DNA of 64,000 nt from Octopus sinensis (taxonomy: Eukaryota), in contig NC_042999.1 of NCBI RefSeq assembly GCF_006345805.1, positions 38,812,001 through 38,876,000 of the forward strand, given 5' to 3'. Below the pieces are notes generated by a model, which saw only the letters and a program-made list of their open reading frames with translations, ran no database searches and was not told the DNA's origin. Both the position numbers and the translations under genes were made by a program. Each line of letters begins with the position of its first letter. Within the stretch, counting starts at the first letter, position 1. This document shows, piece after piece, positions 50,670 to 64,000 of the stretch.

Positions 50670-50830
50670 CTTTATGAAAATAAACAAAAGACGAAGGCAG
50701 GTGGTGTACAAACAAACAATTGTATTAGTATGGCGCTCAGGAATATAAATAAAACAAGTATTTTACGTTTCGAGCCTACGCTCTTCAACAGAAAGATACA
50801 CAGAAAAGAAACACAGAAAGAAACAAGGAG
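50670..50830 (-). mobile_element. Short pLTR-like repeat with HHR-like motif
   Basis: TTGAAGA-GCGTAGGCTC-GAAA-CG-TA at 50763-50792 (minus), next to (TA)n. Confidence 0.45.
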
Positions 50831-51209
50831 AGAAAAAAATGCGTGCAGAGGCTAGCGAATCAACATGGCGATATACACATATATATATATATATATATAT
50901 ACGCATATACATAAATGTATACTTGCACATATGTGTTTATATGTTCAGCTCACTCTCTCCATCGAATCCACGTTGCCTGAACAGCTGCACGGTGTACCAC
51001 GCGTCAAGTATCGAAGTGATTCCAGAGTAACGTGATATAAAAAATTTTGGTTAGGAACACAACGAATCACCCAGTATAGGAATAGAAACCACGATCTCAC
51101 GACCGTGAATGCAAAAGCCTAAACACTAGTCCATGCGCCCTCACATTTGTATATAAATATACACCACACACACTCACACAAACACACACTGACACACACA
51201 CACACACAC

Positions 51210-51239
<30 letters not shown>

Positions 51240-51240
<1 letters not shown>

Positions 51241-51450
51241 TTGTTTGTGAGTCTGTGTTTGTTGCCCTCCCACCATCGCTTGACAACCGATGTTGGTTTC
51301 TTTGCGTCCCCGTATCTTAGCGGTTCTGCAAAAGGGTCCGATAGAATAAGAACTACGCTTACAAATAATAAGTGTTGGGGTCGATTTGTTCGACTAAAGG
51401 CGATACTCGAGCATGGCAGCAGTCAAATGGCTGAAACAAATAAAAGAGTA
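51240..51450 (+). mobile_element. SINE family A 3' half
   Basis: CCATCGCTTGACAACCGATG...GGGGTCGATTTGTTCGACTAAAGGCG...GCTGAAACAAATAAAAGAG. Confidence 0.75.
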
Positions 51451-51727
51451 TAAAGAGAGAGAAAGAGAGAGAGAGAGAGGGGGTGTTAGAAGGGTGAAGA
51501 GATAGTTTAAAGTGCCAGTTGAATGGAACTTACAATCAATGGTTTATTCAAAGTATTGACCGTGCAAAATTTAGGCAAGATTTATCTTCGGTGCAATACT
51601 AACTTTACAATATATTCCATTTTTCTCTCATTATTGAGTCACCCCCACTGTTTCCATAAAACATTATTTTAACTTTTAAAACCGGCGACGAATATGAATG
51701 TGTGTGTATATATATATATATATATAT

Positions 51728-52893
51728 GATGCTGTTGACATCGTTTTATTGGACTTTGCCAAAGCTTTTGACTCGGTAAACCACCGCCTATTACTTGTCA
51801 AGCTTCAAGCATATAGTTTCCATCTGGATATTGTACAATGGGTTGGTGTCTTCCTCTCAGATCACTTCTTCCAAGTCCAAGTTAATGGTTCGCGGTCCGA
51901 CGTCTCCAGTGCGAGCAGTGGCGTGCCTCAAGGTTCAGTGCTTGGGCCTTGTTGTTCTTAGTCTTCATAAATGACTTGCCCGACGACCTCACGCAACACA
52001 CCCTTCTATTTGCCGACGATATCAAACTGGTCGCTCCTCGCGGTAATATAGAGGATCTTCGTCGATGCCTCCACCAAATTTGGAAGTGGTCTAACGATTG
52101 GGACCTGTGTCTGAACGTGTCAAAGTGCTGTCATCTGCCTGTCGGCTCTACTCCTGCAACTCAACTTGATTTCGAGCCGGGTCGTCTGCTGCTGGAGAGG
52201 ACCGATCAGGTAAAGGACCTGGGTATCTTGGTGGATTCCTCCTTTTCGCCTTCGGCCCAGTGCGTCCATGCTGCCAACAAAGCACGCGGAATTCTGTTCT
52301 TGATTCGACCATCATTCGGAATGCTCACGGCAGCCATATTCCTACCACTCTATGTCACGCTGGTGAGACCCATATTGGAGTATGGGATTCAAGCCTCTTC
52401 TCCTTATCTCCTCAAAGACATACAGCATCTCGAAAGAGTCCAGAAGCTGGCTACCCGCATGGTTCATGGTCTCAAAAATTTGTCCTACGAAGAAAGGCTG
52501 AGGACGCTCAACCTTTATTCTCTTGAAAAACGCCGCCGCCGTGGTGATCTCATTCTCGCCCACAACATCATAAGCGGAAAGTGTAACCTCTCGAAAGAGC
52601 TGTTCTTCACTCCTGCTCCAGAGCGTCGGCTGCGGGGTCATTCCGAAAAGCTCTACCTGCGACGATTTCATCTTAATCGAAGGAGAGGAGCTTTCTCCGT
52701 CCGGGTTGCGGATCCGTGGAACAAGCTGCCAGACGAGATGCTGAAGATGCCGACGACCGCTTTGTTCAAAGCCTCCCTGGACCTCAAGTGGCCTGAACTC
52801 TTTACTTGAACACCACCCTATACTTAACTCCATGTCCCCCTACATGGCCTTGCTATTTGCTTTTGAGCCAAATTAACTAACTAACTAACTAAC
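51728..52893 (+). mobile_element. 5'-truncated CR1-clade LINE with (TAAC)n tail
   Basis: LDFAKAFDSVNH, GVPQGSVLGP, FADD, KDLG, VRPILEY, ERVQKLATRMV, YEERL..LNLYSLEKRRRRGDLI and RV..PWNKLP; 1-bp frameshift near 51950; stop at 52809; (TAAC)x5 at 52873-52893. Confidence 0.92.
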
Positions 52894-53929
52894 ACATATA
52901 TATATATATACATACACAATCATATGTAAGTCATACGTACATACAGACATACATACATACATACACACATACGTATACGATACAATATTTATAATACACA
53001 CTTACGTATATGTACATATACACACAAACACACACCCACTCACACTCACACACACACACACACAGATATATATGAATTAAATTGGCCAAGGTGGGTTTTC
53101 TTCATTATATACTAGACCTCAAGTGAAGCAGATATTTTCCTCACAGAAAGTTTAAATAGCAAATTAGTTTCAGCCATTGTAATTGCAAACACACGCAGAT
53201 CTAATTAATTAGAGATATCGCTACTTGCATCAGCAGAAAATCTATTTGTCGGCAAATACACTGAAAGAGATAGAAAGAGAGGAAAAGAGAGGAGAAGACA
53301 TAAAGAGAGAAGGCAAGAAAGAGACAGAAAAGAAGAGTTAGAAAGACAGAGAGCTTGATGTTCATCAGGTCAAACCGCCTATAACATGTCACAGTACTCT
53401 CAACGATAACTATGTGTATATGCAAAATCTGACACCATACACTAAGTTATTATCATCGTAAGTTATTATCAAAATGCACACACTTATAAACTCCTTTTAA
53501 GATTGTATTTTCCAAAATGCTTCCAACTGCTCACCAATCAGCAAATATGAGTCACATCCACAGCATAAAAGCAAATGGTTACAAGCCGAGATTTACACCA
53601 ACAGGTTTAGTGATAAATAAATTTTCACGTGCCTTCATCTAAGGAAACTGGGATCAATTTTATGACATCTACCCATCATATATCGCATTAGATATGCCGG
53701 TGTTCGTAATTACCATATCTGTCTCTTTGAGGTACTGTATAAGACACACTAGATTTCATCAGCAGGCAAACAATTCCATCTCTCTTTTCATAAGAAGATA
53801 ACGTCCTCTTAATGAATTTTAAATATTTAGACGCTGATATATAAAAAAAACAAACAAAAAAAAACAACGTAAGAAAAACACAACGCTAACTGTTCTGTGC
53901 ACGATTGTAGTGTAAACAATTCCATCTTG

Positions 53930-54075
53930 CCGTTAACTTGTACTTATTTAATCGACTCCGAAAGGAAAAAAGGCAAAGTCGACCTCGGCAGAATTTGAAC
54001 TCAGAACGTAAAGCAAGCCAAAAATTTTGCTAAGCCTTTCGTCCGGCGTGCTAACGTTTCTGCCAGCTCACCGCA
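53930..54075 (-). mobile_element. SINE family B
   Basis: GGCAAAGTCGACCTCGGCAGAATTTGAACTCAGAACG...GCCAGCTCACCGC. Confidence 0.7.
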
Positions 54076-54539
54076 TCATCAATTTCTGGCGTATCAGAGT
54101 TCCAAATACATTGAGGTCATCCATCTCCCAGGTCACCAAACATGTGTTATACTTTAAAGTTGCTGCTGGTTTGTCAAACTACTCCCATGATTCGGATTCA
54201 GAGGCGGATGTTAATAGTAATAATTTCCTTTGAATCTATCTTTAAATACAACTGTCTCTTGCTCATGAAGATGTACATCTAAGTTTAGGGAAATTAATAT
54301 TTTCAACTTTCATGGCGAGGTTCTTTGTTTAACATCCGTTCAAAATATAAGTAGGTGTCTATATACTGGAACCGTTATGTAACCCGAATAAACCGGAGAA
54401 ATATTACGCAGAATACAATGGTAAATTCTTTTAGGACTTGCAGATACATTGCCATTTAGAACTGCTGTGAATTAATTGTCAAATATGCTCTTACATCTCT
54501 GAAACTGTTAACGATGTGGTACGCAATCTGTCTTCTCTC

Positions 54540-54571
<32 letters not shown>

Positions 54572-55210
54572 CTCTCGCACATACATACACATACACATGT
54601 GTGAATGCACGTATATGTTTATAATCTGATTTTTAAAATATCCATTTGCACATGAAATAAAATTCAAAAAATTTAACCATTTTTTGATTCTCGTACTTAA
54701 AATAAGACATAAATACTAAGCTATATTCTATGATCATAAGTAAAAGCACAAATGCAATGCAACCTGCTGTAAACTGTTCAGCTTACCTATCACCATAATG
54801 ACGTCTCTTGAAAATAATAGGTTCCTTTGAAATACTAATTAGACCCAAGCTAGATATTGGAGACAGAATAGATCAAAACATGATTAATTATTTTGTTTTT
54901 ATATTTAATCTTTTAGTCCGACCTTATTACTCGGATGATTAGACTTTTTGGAATTCATCAAAGACATCATTAATGGAGAAAATTTAATTGAAATTTACAT
55001 TAACTTAACATCTCTACGTCCGCTGTTCCTGTAATTAAAACATCTGTTCATCTGTGGTTTTCGGTATGTCAATCTATGACGATTTATTCAGTCGCATACT
55101 TTTTTTCAGTTTAATACACTATTTAAATTAAATTCACCCTTTCATTCACTTTTGCCTCCTCCTCCTCCTGCTCCTCCTCACTCTCTCTAATATGTATATA
55201 TATATGTGTT

Positions 55211-55242
<32 letters not shown>

Positions 55243-55245
55243 TGT

Positions 55246-55337
<92 letters not shown>

Positions 55338-55358
55338 GTATATATATATATATATGTT

Positions 55359-55427
<69 letters not shown>

Positions 55428-55689
55428 TGGACTCTCCTGGCAAAGATGGTGTTTCCGAACCACCTGCACAAATGATTTGTTTCTAGTGGGCATATGTTCG
55501 TGCTTCACGTTAGCTCTCTCTCTCCATCAAATCGACGTCGTCTGAACTGGAATACTGTTATATGTGTATATATGTGTATATGTGTGTGTGTGTGTACGTG
55601 TGTGTTTTTATAGATGAAGAAAAAGCCGGAGTATATGTGTGCATATGAACATGCACATATGTATGTAATTATATCAACAGAAACAACAA

Positions 55690-55890
55690 GCATATAGGGC
55701 CGTTTACCGGGATTCACTAGCGTATATATTCCCTCCCTAGACCAGATCCCGGTTGGTCGCCGAATGACTCATTTTTGCCAGCTGAGTAGGCTGGTTCAAC
55801 GTGCAATAATCTGTTTTGTTCCAGAACATAATTAATGAATTGGTCCAGAAAACGAAACAACGATCTTACGAGCAAGAGTACGACACACTA
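55690..55890 (-). mobile_element. SINE family D, degenerate
   Basis: GGGCCGTTTACCGGGATTC...GACTCATTTTTGCCAGCTGAGTAGGCTGG; similar to 11.6-11.86 kb. Confidence 0.5.
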
Positions 55891-55924
55891 ATAAATAAGC
55901 CAAACATCTCCACTTGTATTGAAA

Positions 55925-56463
55925 CAAGCTGTTCATTTATATCAAACATATTTTTTAAAGTTTTGTTTAGAAGAGAACGTTGATTTTGTTTTGTGGGTAA
56001 GGTTCCACGACAATGGAAATGGATAGATGGAAATATAGGTAGTTTGATAGATAGTCAGACAGACAGAGAGGTAGAGGGAGAGAAAGAGATCGGGTATAAC
56101 CCTTCCTATTCACCATTTATTTATGTAGTCCTTTACTATTGCATTGGAAGTGGTTTAAGGATGGGAACCTCTTCAGAAAACAAACAAAAAAAAAAATACA
56201 AGTGCGATTTGGTCATCACTGAAAGTAATTTTGCTTTCTTTCTCTCTTCCCATTTCCTTCTTTTTCCCTCTTTCTTTATTTTCTCCTTTTCTTTGAGTTA
56301 TATTTAGAATACAAAATATACTGTATCCCCTTCAAATTTGGAGGGAATTTTTTGATGAACTGTAGTTCTACATGAAAAAATGCATAATATCTGCAAACCA
56401 ACAATTTAAGAAATGAATAAATAAATAAATAAATAAAATGAAAACATATATATATGCGTAAAT

Positions 56464-56501
<38 letters not shown>

Positions 56502-56530
56502 TATATTATATATATATATATATATTTATG

Positions 56531-56574
<44 letters not shown>

Positions 56575-57000
56575 ATATATATGCGTAAATCAAGAACATC
56601 CCAATGCTACACATATATATCTGAACGTTTGTAGAGATGAGCGTCATTTGGAATAAAAAATGCAAATTCTTCACGTTATCTTCAAACATATAATTTCGGA
56701 GAGAATCCCTTGGTGAAGCGCATGTGTGTTTATGTGTGTGTGTGAGTGTATGTGCGTGTTTGTGTGTGCGTGCATGTGTTTGGGAACATATCCATGTTTA
56801 TACTGTGTAACTTCGATCACGCTTCTTTCAATTTCAGGATTTTGCATTAGTGAACATTAGTAAAGCACTTACAAAATGTAGTGTCTCCGCTTTTCTTTGA
56901 AACATTAAATTTTTGGAGAGAATTTTTTGAAGAAATGTAGTTCCATTGCTTTTTCGGTATTGCGATCGTCCCGTGCACAATTGTAAAATAGAAGAATTTT
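55925..57000 (+). repeat. Unclassified ~1.1-kb dispersed repeat, copy 2
   Basis: See 48150-49215. Confidence 0.8.
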
Positions 57001-57059
57001 GAACTTTTCGTTGCTGCATATTTCCAGATACTTATTTAATGGAATCTTGCGAAATTCTT

Positions 57060-57800
57060 CTTGTCAGATATGTTGCCTGTAGATTCTTGCCCGTTGGCAG
57101 AGGTAAATTATTTGTTTCGCCAATGTAATTGTCTTTGCAGTTTGGGCAGGTAATACAGTATATAAGGTTTTGCAGTTCATATCTGCATTTATTTTGAAAA
57201 GAGATCCGCTTTTGAATTTTATGTGGGAACCACTTTCAAAATATTTGAAGTTGTTGATATTCCACATCCCCTATCTCCACCTTCTCTTACTAAGAATTCT
57301 GATTCATTCTCTGATTTGAATTCTGCAACTGTGAGTTGTTTTTTAAGATGATTTCGTTGTTAACTGCTAATCCGTAAGGTGTTCTTTTTTCAGTCAGATT
57401 TTTTTAATTTTGGGACTTTGTAGGAGTATAGGTAAGTTCGATTTTATGGCGTGAAAGGTTATTCCAAGTCTGTGTATGTTAACAAATGGAATCAGGTTTT
57501 CAAACTTCTAAAGCCTTTGTACCATTCAGTACCCAGTTTTGTACGGGATGCCGTATATTTCATCCAACACATCCCTCCCTCCCGCTGTCGTAGAAGTTAC
57601 TATACTCACAAGAGTTATCCCATCCCGCTCAAGAGGTCTCTGAATAAGGTTTGTTTAAGGATGTTGAACAAAGCACTCATGTTTCCAAAAATGAATAATA
57701 TAAACCCAAAAGAATTATTTTTAAAACATGGCTATGATGCTCCCCCCACCACTTCTGCTTGTGATGAAAGATGCACAGATCGCCAACCACTAAGGCTCAA
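57060..57800 (-). pseudogene. Decayed PLE RT/GIY-YIG remnant
   Basis: IKFKSGSLFKINADMNCK..YTVL and RARIYRQHI echo the FK.G..F.I...C.S.N.IY..C and R...HRQQI motifs; upstream NLPILLQSPKIK matches NLPILHKNPKLK of the intact PLE. Confidence 0.65.
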
Positions 57801-58640
57801 CTAGTTAAGGTCAAGTAACCGAGAAGCAAATCTGTGGTATTGAGCAGAATATTTGCTGTAGCCCATCTTTTATACCAAGACAAAACATTTTACATGTTAA
57901 CACTTCCAATATATATGTAAACGGTGAATTCGTAATCGAGTTCAACATCGAAATATTTATCCATTGAATTAATGTGTATTCCACAGTCGAATGTGTCTTT
58001 GAGATAATTCTCAATAATTAGAATGATTTTTGACTCATTATTACAAGACTGGCTATTTGAATTGCAGATTGATTCCATCCTATAGCATTTTACTATTTCA
58101 GTCTACCCAGTTGTATTCTCAAGTTCTGTGTCACAGCGAACCTACGTCAATATCAATTACGCAAGAAGGTAAACAGCGATAAATGCTTACGCCATTAAAC
58201 ATAACTATATATAGTTATATATGTATATTTGTGTGCTTGTGTGTGTGTATGTGTGCGTGTCTAAGAGAGAAAGACATTGGAAGAAGACTCTGACAGTGAT
58301 TAAATTCATTCAAATTATTTCAGGCACCATCAATATTGATCGTTCTATGACGTAAATTCGCACACAATGAAATACTTCTACCCGTTGTGTTACACGTAAA
58401 TCGAAAGAAGGATTTCAAATGTATAAACGCAAAATTGAACCGAGTGGTATTTAAAATTGCTAATATAAAAGTTGACATTTTTGTTGGTAATCTATTGTTT
58501 ATCCCAGTTCATTGATATTATATTAATAATTTTAAATCGATATTTTGTTTTCATAATACACAGACGACATATATTCAAACAGTGTGTGTATAAATGTATG
58601 CATACTAAGATATGTTCTTATATTTGTATATTTGTATATA

Positions 58641-58710
<70 letters not shown>

Positions 58711-58767
58711 ATATAATGTGTATGTATGTATGTATGTATGTATGTATGTATGTATGTATGTATATAT

Positions 58768-58970
58768 ATCGTGGCACTCCATCGGTTACGACGACGAGGC
58801 TTCCAATTGATCTGATCACCAGAACAGCCTGCTCGTGAAATTAGCATGCAAGTGGCTGAACACTCCATAGACACGTGTATCCTTAACGTATCCTTTGAAA
58901 TACAGGTACAACAGAAACAGGAAGAAAGAGAAAAAGTTATGGCGAAAGAGTACAGGTTTCTCCATCACAC
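58768..58970 (-). mobile_element. Headless SINE body fragment (shared with 49805-50313)
   Basis: GCAAGTGGCTGAACACTCCATAGACACGTGTATCCTTAAC...GGCGAAAGAGTACAG. Confidence 0.55.
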
Positions 58971-58996
58971 GTACGCACACACGCACACACACACGC

Positions 58997-59063
<67 letters not shown>

Positions 59064-59679
59064 GTATATAAATATAACTTCGTTAAATAACGCAATGCAA
59101 TACGCGTGCACAATAAGTGCTCAATTTCGTTAAACACTGAAACTCCGATTCAATTGCGATTAAAACAAAATTGTTTTGTAGCTGTCTAGTAATGAATAGG
59201 CATATGTGGTTCGTCATTGAGCGGGTAGATATATATCAGCGATTGGACTATAAAATTATTATCACGTATTTCCTTATATCATGGCATGAATTGTATGACA
59301 TTGAATGAATTACATAACATATCACAACACATGGAATTAAACTATAATCCTTTTACGGAAGCAATTGTTATGTCAGTTTATATTGTCCTTTAGTCATTTA
59401 AATTTAGTATATTATATTAGAAACGAACTTCAATCTTTCTTGCTTGCAATGTTACACTGCCAATCTAGCGCATTATGAATTAAATCCCCTGAAATTTGAA
59501 TGAAAACGGAATAAAACACGTTTCGCATAAATCTTGAGATATTGGGGTTTTGGGGGTGTTTGAAGCCCCAAAATGGTGCATAATGGGGAAATACTACGAA
59601 AATTACGTAACCCTGAAAGGGAAGAATCTCTATCACATCTAGATCGTCCTATAGGACGCCACCTCATAAGGGTTTTGTT

Positions 59680-60080
59680 TGCGCATACTATAGGGGTCTC
59701 AAGGCACTGCTCCATCTGTTCCCGCAGTTTCCATCTAACTAAGAATATTTGGTTCTCATCCATTTTCCTCTATTCTAAATCCTCTGCATGACTTCCTGCT
59801 AGTTCAAAACCAGCAATCTGATCTGTTAGGTCCTGCTGATAACTAAATCCACGCCCTGCTGTCGACGCCTCGATTTATTGTCGTTAAAGTTGTGTCTGTT
59901 TCCTAACTTTCGAACTGTCTTTCCTGGTAAGACCTGCCTGAAGATTTCTCTTCCTCCAGCATACCTCTCCGGATCAATGGATTACACAGGCGTTTTCACC
60001 GCGACAAAGTACTTGTTGAACTGCCGTTGACTACACAGTAGTGCTTCCACCCGACTGGTCTTATTTTTCGTCCGGCAGGG
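59680..60080 (-). pseudogene. Possible RTE-like RT remnant
   Basis: Weak echoes of QAGFR (QAGLT) and TDQI motifs across frameshifts. Confidence 0.3.
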
Positions 60081-60822
60081 TGTCCACTAATCAATGACTA
60101 GAAAAATACGGTAAATAATTCGGAAAAGACCCGATCGGAATCTCGATGTGAACAATATTTTCTATAAGTTTTTTTTCGAGTACATTCAAGAAAGATTTGG
60201 CTGCTATTTCTAGCATGCTCTGGTAGCACGTAACAGCTATTTGCAATACAGGACCCGAAATACCCGTTACGTGGGAGCAAGGCGCTCAACACATAGCAGC
60301 CAAGTATTTCGCCGCCTTTTCATATATAAAACGCCATGGAGGGTATTAAAACGTATGGACAGACACACGATACAAATCGGACAAGAGAAGCAACAATTAG
60401 GACAGGCAAAGAAAGACAGGTCATTCTTGACTTTCTTTCATCAGTCAAGTCCCAGAAGTCACGACCTTTTAAGTTAGTTACACTTGAGAGGGTTCGATCT
60501 GGTTGCAGTTCAGACTCAGTTATAACGTGCATTGACCACCACATCAAATTCACCTGATTAGTCCCAGATCCTCCACTTTCTTCGGACAATTAATATATTC
60601 CTATTTTATTAAGCGTGTAACTACATATGAGGAAAGTATAGCAACTTGTCGAATTTATCTTCCCTTCACTTCCTGAAAAGCTAACAAATACGATATGTTT
60701 AGGAGTTTTTCGAAAACATAAATATTTCATAGATAATTTCATTTCTACATCATTTCATGATATTATCTAAGTTTCCGATGCATACGGAGGTGCATTTGAG
60801 TTAGTTTCTTTTCCACTATACA

Positions 60823-60908
<86 letters not shown>
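60823..60908. repeat. (TATC)n microsatellite
   Basis: Perfect tetranucleotide run seen directly. Confidence 0.95.
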
Positions 60909-60909
<1 letters not shown>

Positions 60910-61162
60910 GTGTCTATCTGTCTGCCTAACTATCAATCTGTCTGTCTACTAACATATATTTCCACATGTCTAACCACTGCATCTATGGGTGCATGTATAT
61001 ACATATATATATATATATATATGTGTTTGTGCATCTACATATATATGTAAATATATAAGCATATATGAATGTAAATATATGTCTGTATGTGTGAGTGTGT
61101 GTATATGTATGTGTAGATGCGTACGTGTGTTTGTGTGATTGTGCAGATGCACTACCAGAAAG

Positions 61163-61208
<46 letters not shown>

Positions 61209-61868
61209 GCAGTCGTGCATTCATGCGCACGTACATATCTTAAAAGACTACATTTGTCTATTACATCCCTGATATCTCACCTGCAATGAGTTATTAATGA
61301 TTTCTTAATTTTGTTTTATTTCTCCACAAATCACACATATATCTATGCCTATGTATGATATACACCTATAACCATTCTAATTGCATTATCTATCGCAGAC
61401 AGCGAGAAACACAATTATAATTTTCTTGTGGACACTATAAATCATAACATTAGCCATACACGAATTTTATAACTGAGTTATTTCAATACGATTCATCATC
61501 TTTCAGGGATAGGCATAATGTATTATCAAATAATTATTTTGTCATATTTTAAGTTCAATCTTAAGAAATTAATTTTTATTCAAATTATGGTTGTTCCTGA
61601 AAAAATTCCATTCAGCATGTAGCTTTTTGTTTTGCTGTTTGATATTTTTAGTTGCGTTTCCTTATTTGATTATTGCATATTACATTTACTACATATGACA
61701 TGAGAGGGAATTATGGATGTAGATAGGGAAGGACGTAAGTATTATAAGGAAAGAGATGATGAACGATGAAGCGAAGATGCGGTAAGATGAATATAAATAT
61801 CCCTGTTATTGTATCTGCGCATCTCTACGTCTCTGCCTGCCTGTCTGTCAGTATGTCTGTCAATCTAT

Positions 61869-61985
<117 letters not shown>

Positions 61986-62052
61986 CATATACAAGCATAT
62001 ATACGTGCATATATATGTTTATTTATGTCTATATATATATATATATATATAT

Positions 62053-63384
62053 AACAAAACTGGGAGGGAGGACGAAACGACGAATCGAATTGACCCTACG
62101 CGAACGCGCTGTCAGACAATAACGTAATAAATAAAATATATGCATGCATACAAACATATATGTACGTACCTACATCTACATGTATATATACATGCATATA
62201 TAAATATATATACGTGAGTACAGGACACTGCAACTAGACGTAGAACTCAACGAAAAACGAAAACGGACAAGCCATATTTTTACAATAAAAAAACAGAGAC
62301 GAAACGGAAACGGGAAAAACATTATTTTTTACAACAGAAAAACAAGGTACAGGACAAATCACACAGGAAAAATCCCCAGTTCATCAGCTGTCTCTAGCTA
62401 ACTCAAGCGTGTTTCGAAGGATAAAACAGGACACGACTCGTCAACTAGTCCTTCATTGCGAGAGAATTAAAATAAAATTTCCTCGCATAGGGGCAAAAAC
62501 AGACAAGAAAAACATGTGACAAAAACAGGTCGTAAAAACGATACAAATGCAAAATAAAATACACGATAAAAATACACGTACAAGAAAATACAGAACGAGA
62601 AATAAAAAGAAAATACAATACGAGAAATCAAAAGACAAGAAAACAAACGAGAAAAACAAAACGAAAAGGCCTTTGTTTGGCAAGACGAGGATGTTGTAGT
62701 AGCAGCGCAAGGGAACACGTCCTTTCAGCTTGAAAGCAGGAGGCGAAAGGAAGTGGCCACGAGTGGCGAAGATGAGGAAGAGAGAGGGAGAGAGAGAGAG
62801 ATAGAAGAAGAGAAGCGGCAAGAGAGAGAGAGAGAGAGAGAGAGAGCGGGGAAGGCAAAGCAAAGGGAGAGAATTATCGCGTCTCAATTATATATAACAA
62901 AACTGGGAGGAAAGGAAGTGGGACGAAACGACGAATCGAATCGACCCTGACGCGAACGCGCTGTCAGACAATAATGTAATAAATAAAATATATGCATGCA
63001 TACAAACATATATGTACGTACCTACATCTACATGTATATATACATGCATATATAAAAATATATACGTGAGTACAGGACACTGCAACTAGACGTAGAACGC
63101 TTGAGTTAGCTAGAGACAGCTGATGAACTGGGGATTTTTCCTGTGTGGTTTGTCCTGTACCTTGTTTTTCTGTTGTAAAAAAATAATGTTTTTCCCGTTT
63201 CCGTTTCGTCTCTGTTTTTTTGTTGTAAAAATATGGCTTGTCCGTTTTCGTTTTTCGTTGAGTTCTACGTCTAGTTGTAGTGTCCTGTACTCACGTATAT
63301 ATATTTATATATGCATGTATATATACATGTAGATGTAGGTACGTACATATATATTTGTATGCGTGCATATATTTTATTTATTAC
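62053..63384. mobile_element. Non-coding element with direct and inverted terminal repeats (pLTR-like fold-back)
   Basis: Direct repeats 62053-62246 / 62896-63098; inverted repeats 62124-62409 / 63098-63384; (TA)n on both flanks. Confidence 0.65.
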
Positions 63385-63390
63385 ATATAT

Positions 63391-63440
<50 letters not shown>

Positions 63441-63452
63441 CATATATATGCT

Positions 63453-63512
<60 letters not shown>

Positions 63513-64000
63513 CATACATACATATATATATATACACATATACAAATATATGCAATTTATGATTAATTTGAATAAGCTACTTAAAAGTAAGCCACCGGTG
63601 TAGGTCAGAATAAAATGCATACACAGCAATTATAGACCGGTACAGAAGTACATGTAGAAGCATATTCAGCTTATATATGAAATTAATTGAAAGTAACTGA
63701 GTATATCATCAGCTCTTGAGATATTCAGAAACGTATATCTTATTAAATATGCGATCTATAATATACTTCGGAACACGCGAGGGACAGCTTTCCAGAGAAG
63801 TGAATTATAAATATATAAACGAACGAGGCACAGGTGTCAATTCATTACAGCCATAGAATCTAGGGTGACCGTCGTTCGTGGAATCACGAAATATGTATAT
63901 AGCACGGATGAAAATTTACTTTCTAAAGTGTCCTTGATATTAAAATTCGTGTATTCATCTGATACTCTTTTACTCTCTTTTACTCTTTTACTTCTTTCAG

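Noticed and set aside
60426-60452. CTTGACT...AGTCAAG hairpin containing CTGATGA on the minus strand
   Set aside because: A simple inverted repeat with no stem II.

Overview
Very AT-rich, microsatellite-dense eukaryotic non-coding DNA. The repeat families suggest a cephalopod, most likely Octopus; this is inferred from repeat content, not shown. I recognise no host protein-coding exon, and most short ORFs in the track are translations of (TA)n/(CA)n/(GA)n repeats. The window is dominated by retroelements: (1) Penelope-like elements (PLEs, RT + GIY-YIG), including a near-intact 4.8-kb fold-back element at 5.3-10.1 kb, a second fold-back at 40.9-42.2 kb, a divergent Naiad-like fragment at 18.3-20.3 kb and several decayed or non-autonomous relics; (2) a near-intact 4.7-kb CR1-group LINE at 36.1-40.9 kb whose ORF1 combines a Myb/SANT-like N-terminus with a CCCH zinc finger and follows a higher-order tandem array; (3) a 5'-truncated CR1 copy, RTE scraps, mariner relics and many tRNA-derived SINEs with shuffled modules. 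The most interesting signal is a set of hammerhead-ribozyme (HHR) motifs found by eye: a minimal HHR with a compensatory U3-A8 core and a covarying stem II in the PLE 3' ends, a canonical-core HHR downstream of the Naiad-like ORF, and decayed HHRs attached to a tRNA-like Pol III head. Coordinates were read by hand and repeat boundaries are approximate.
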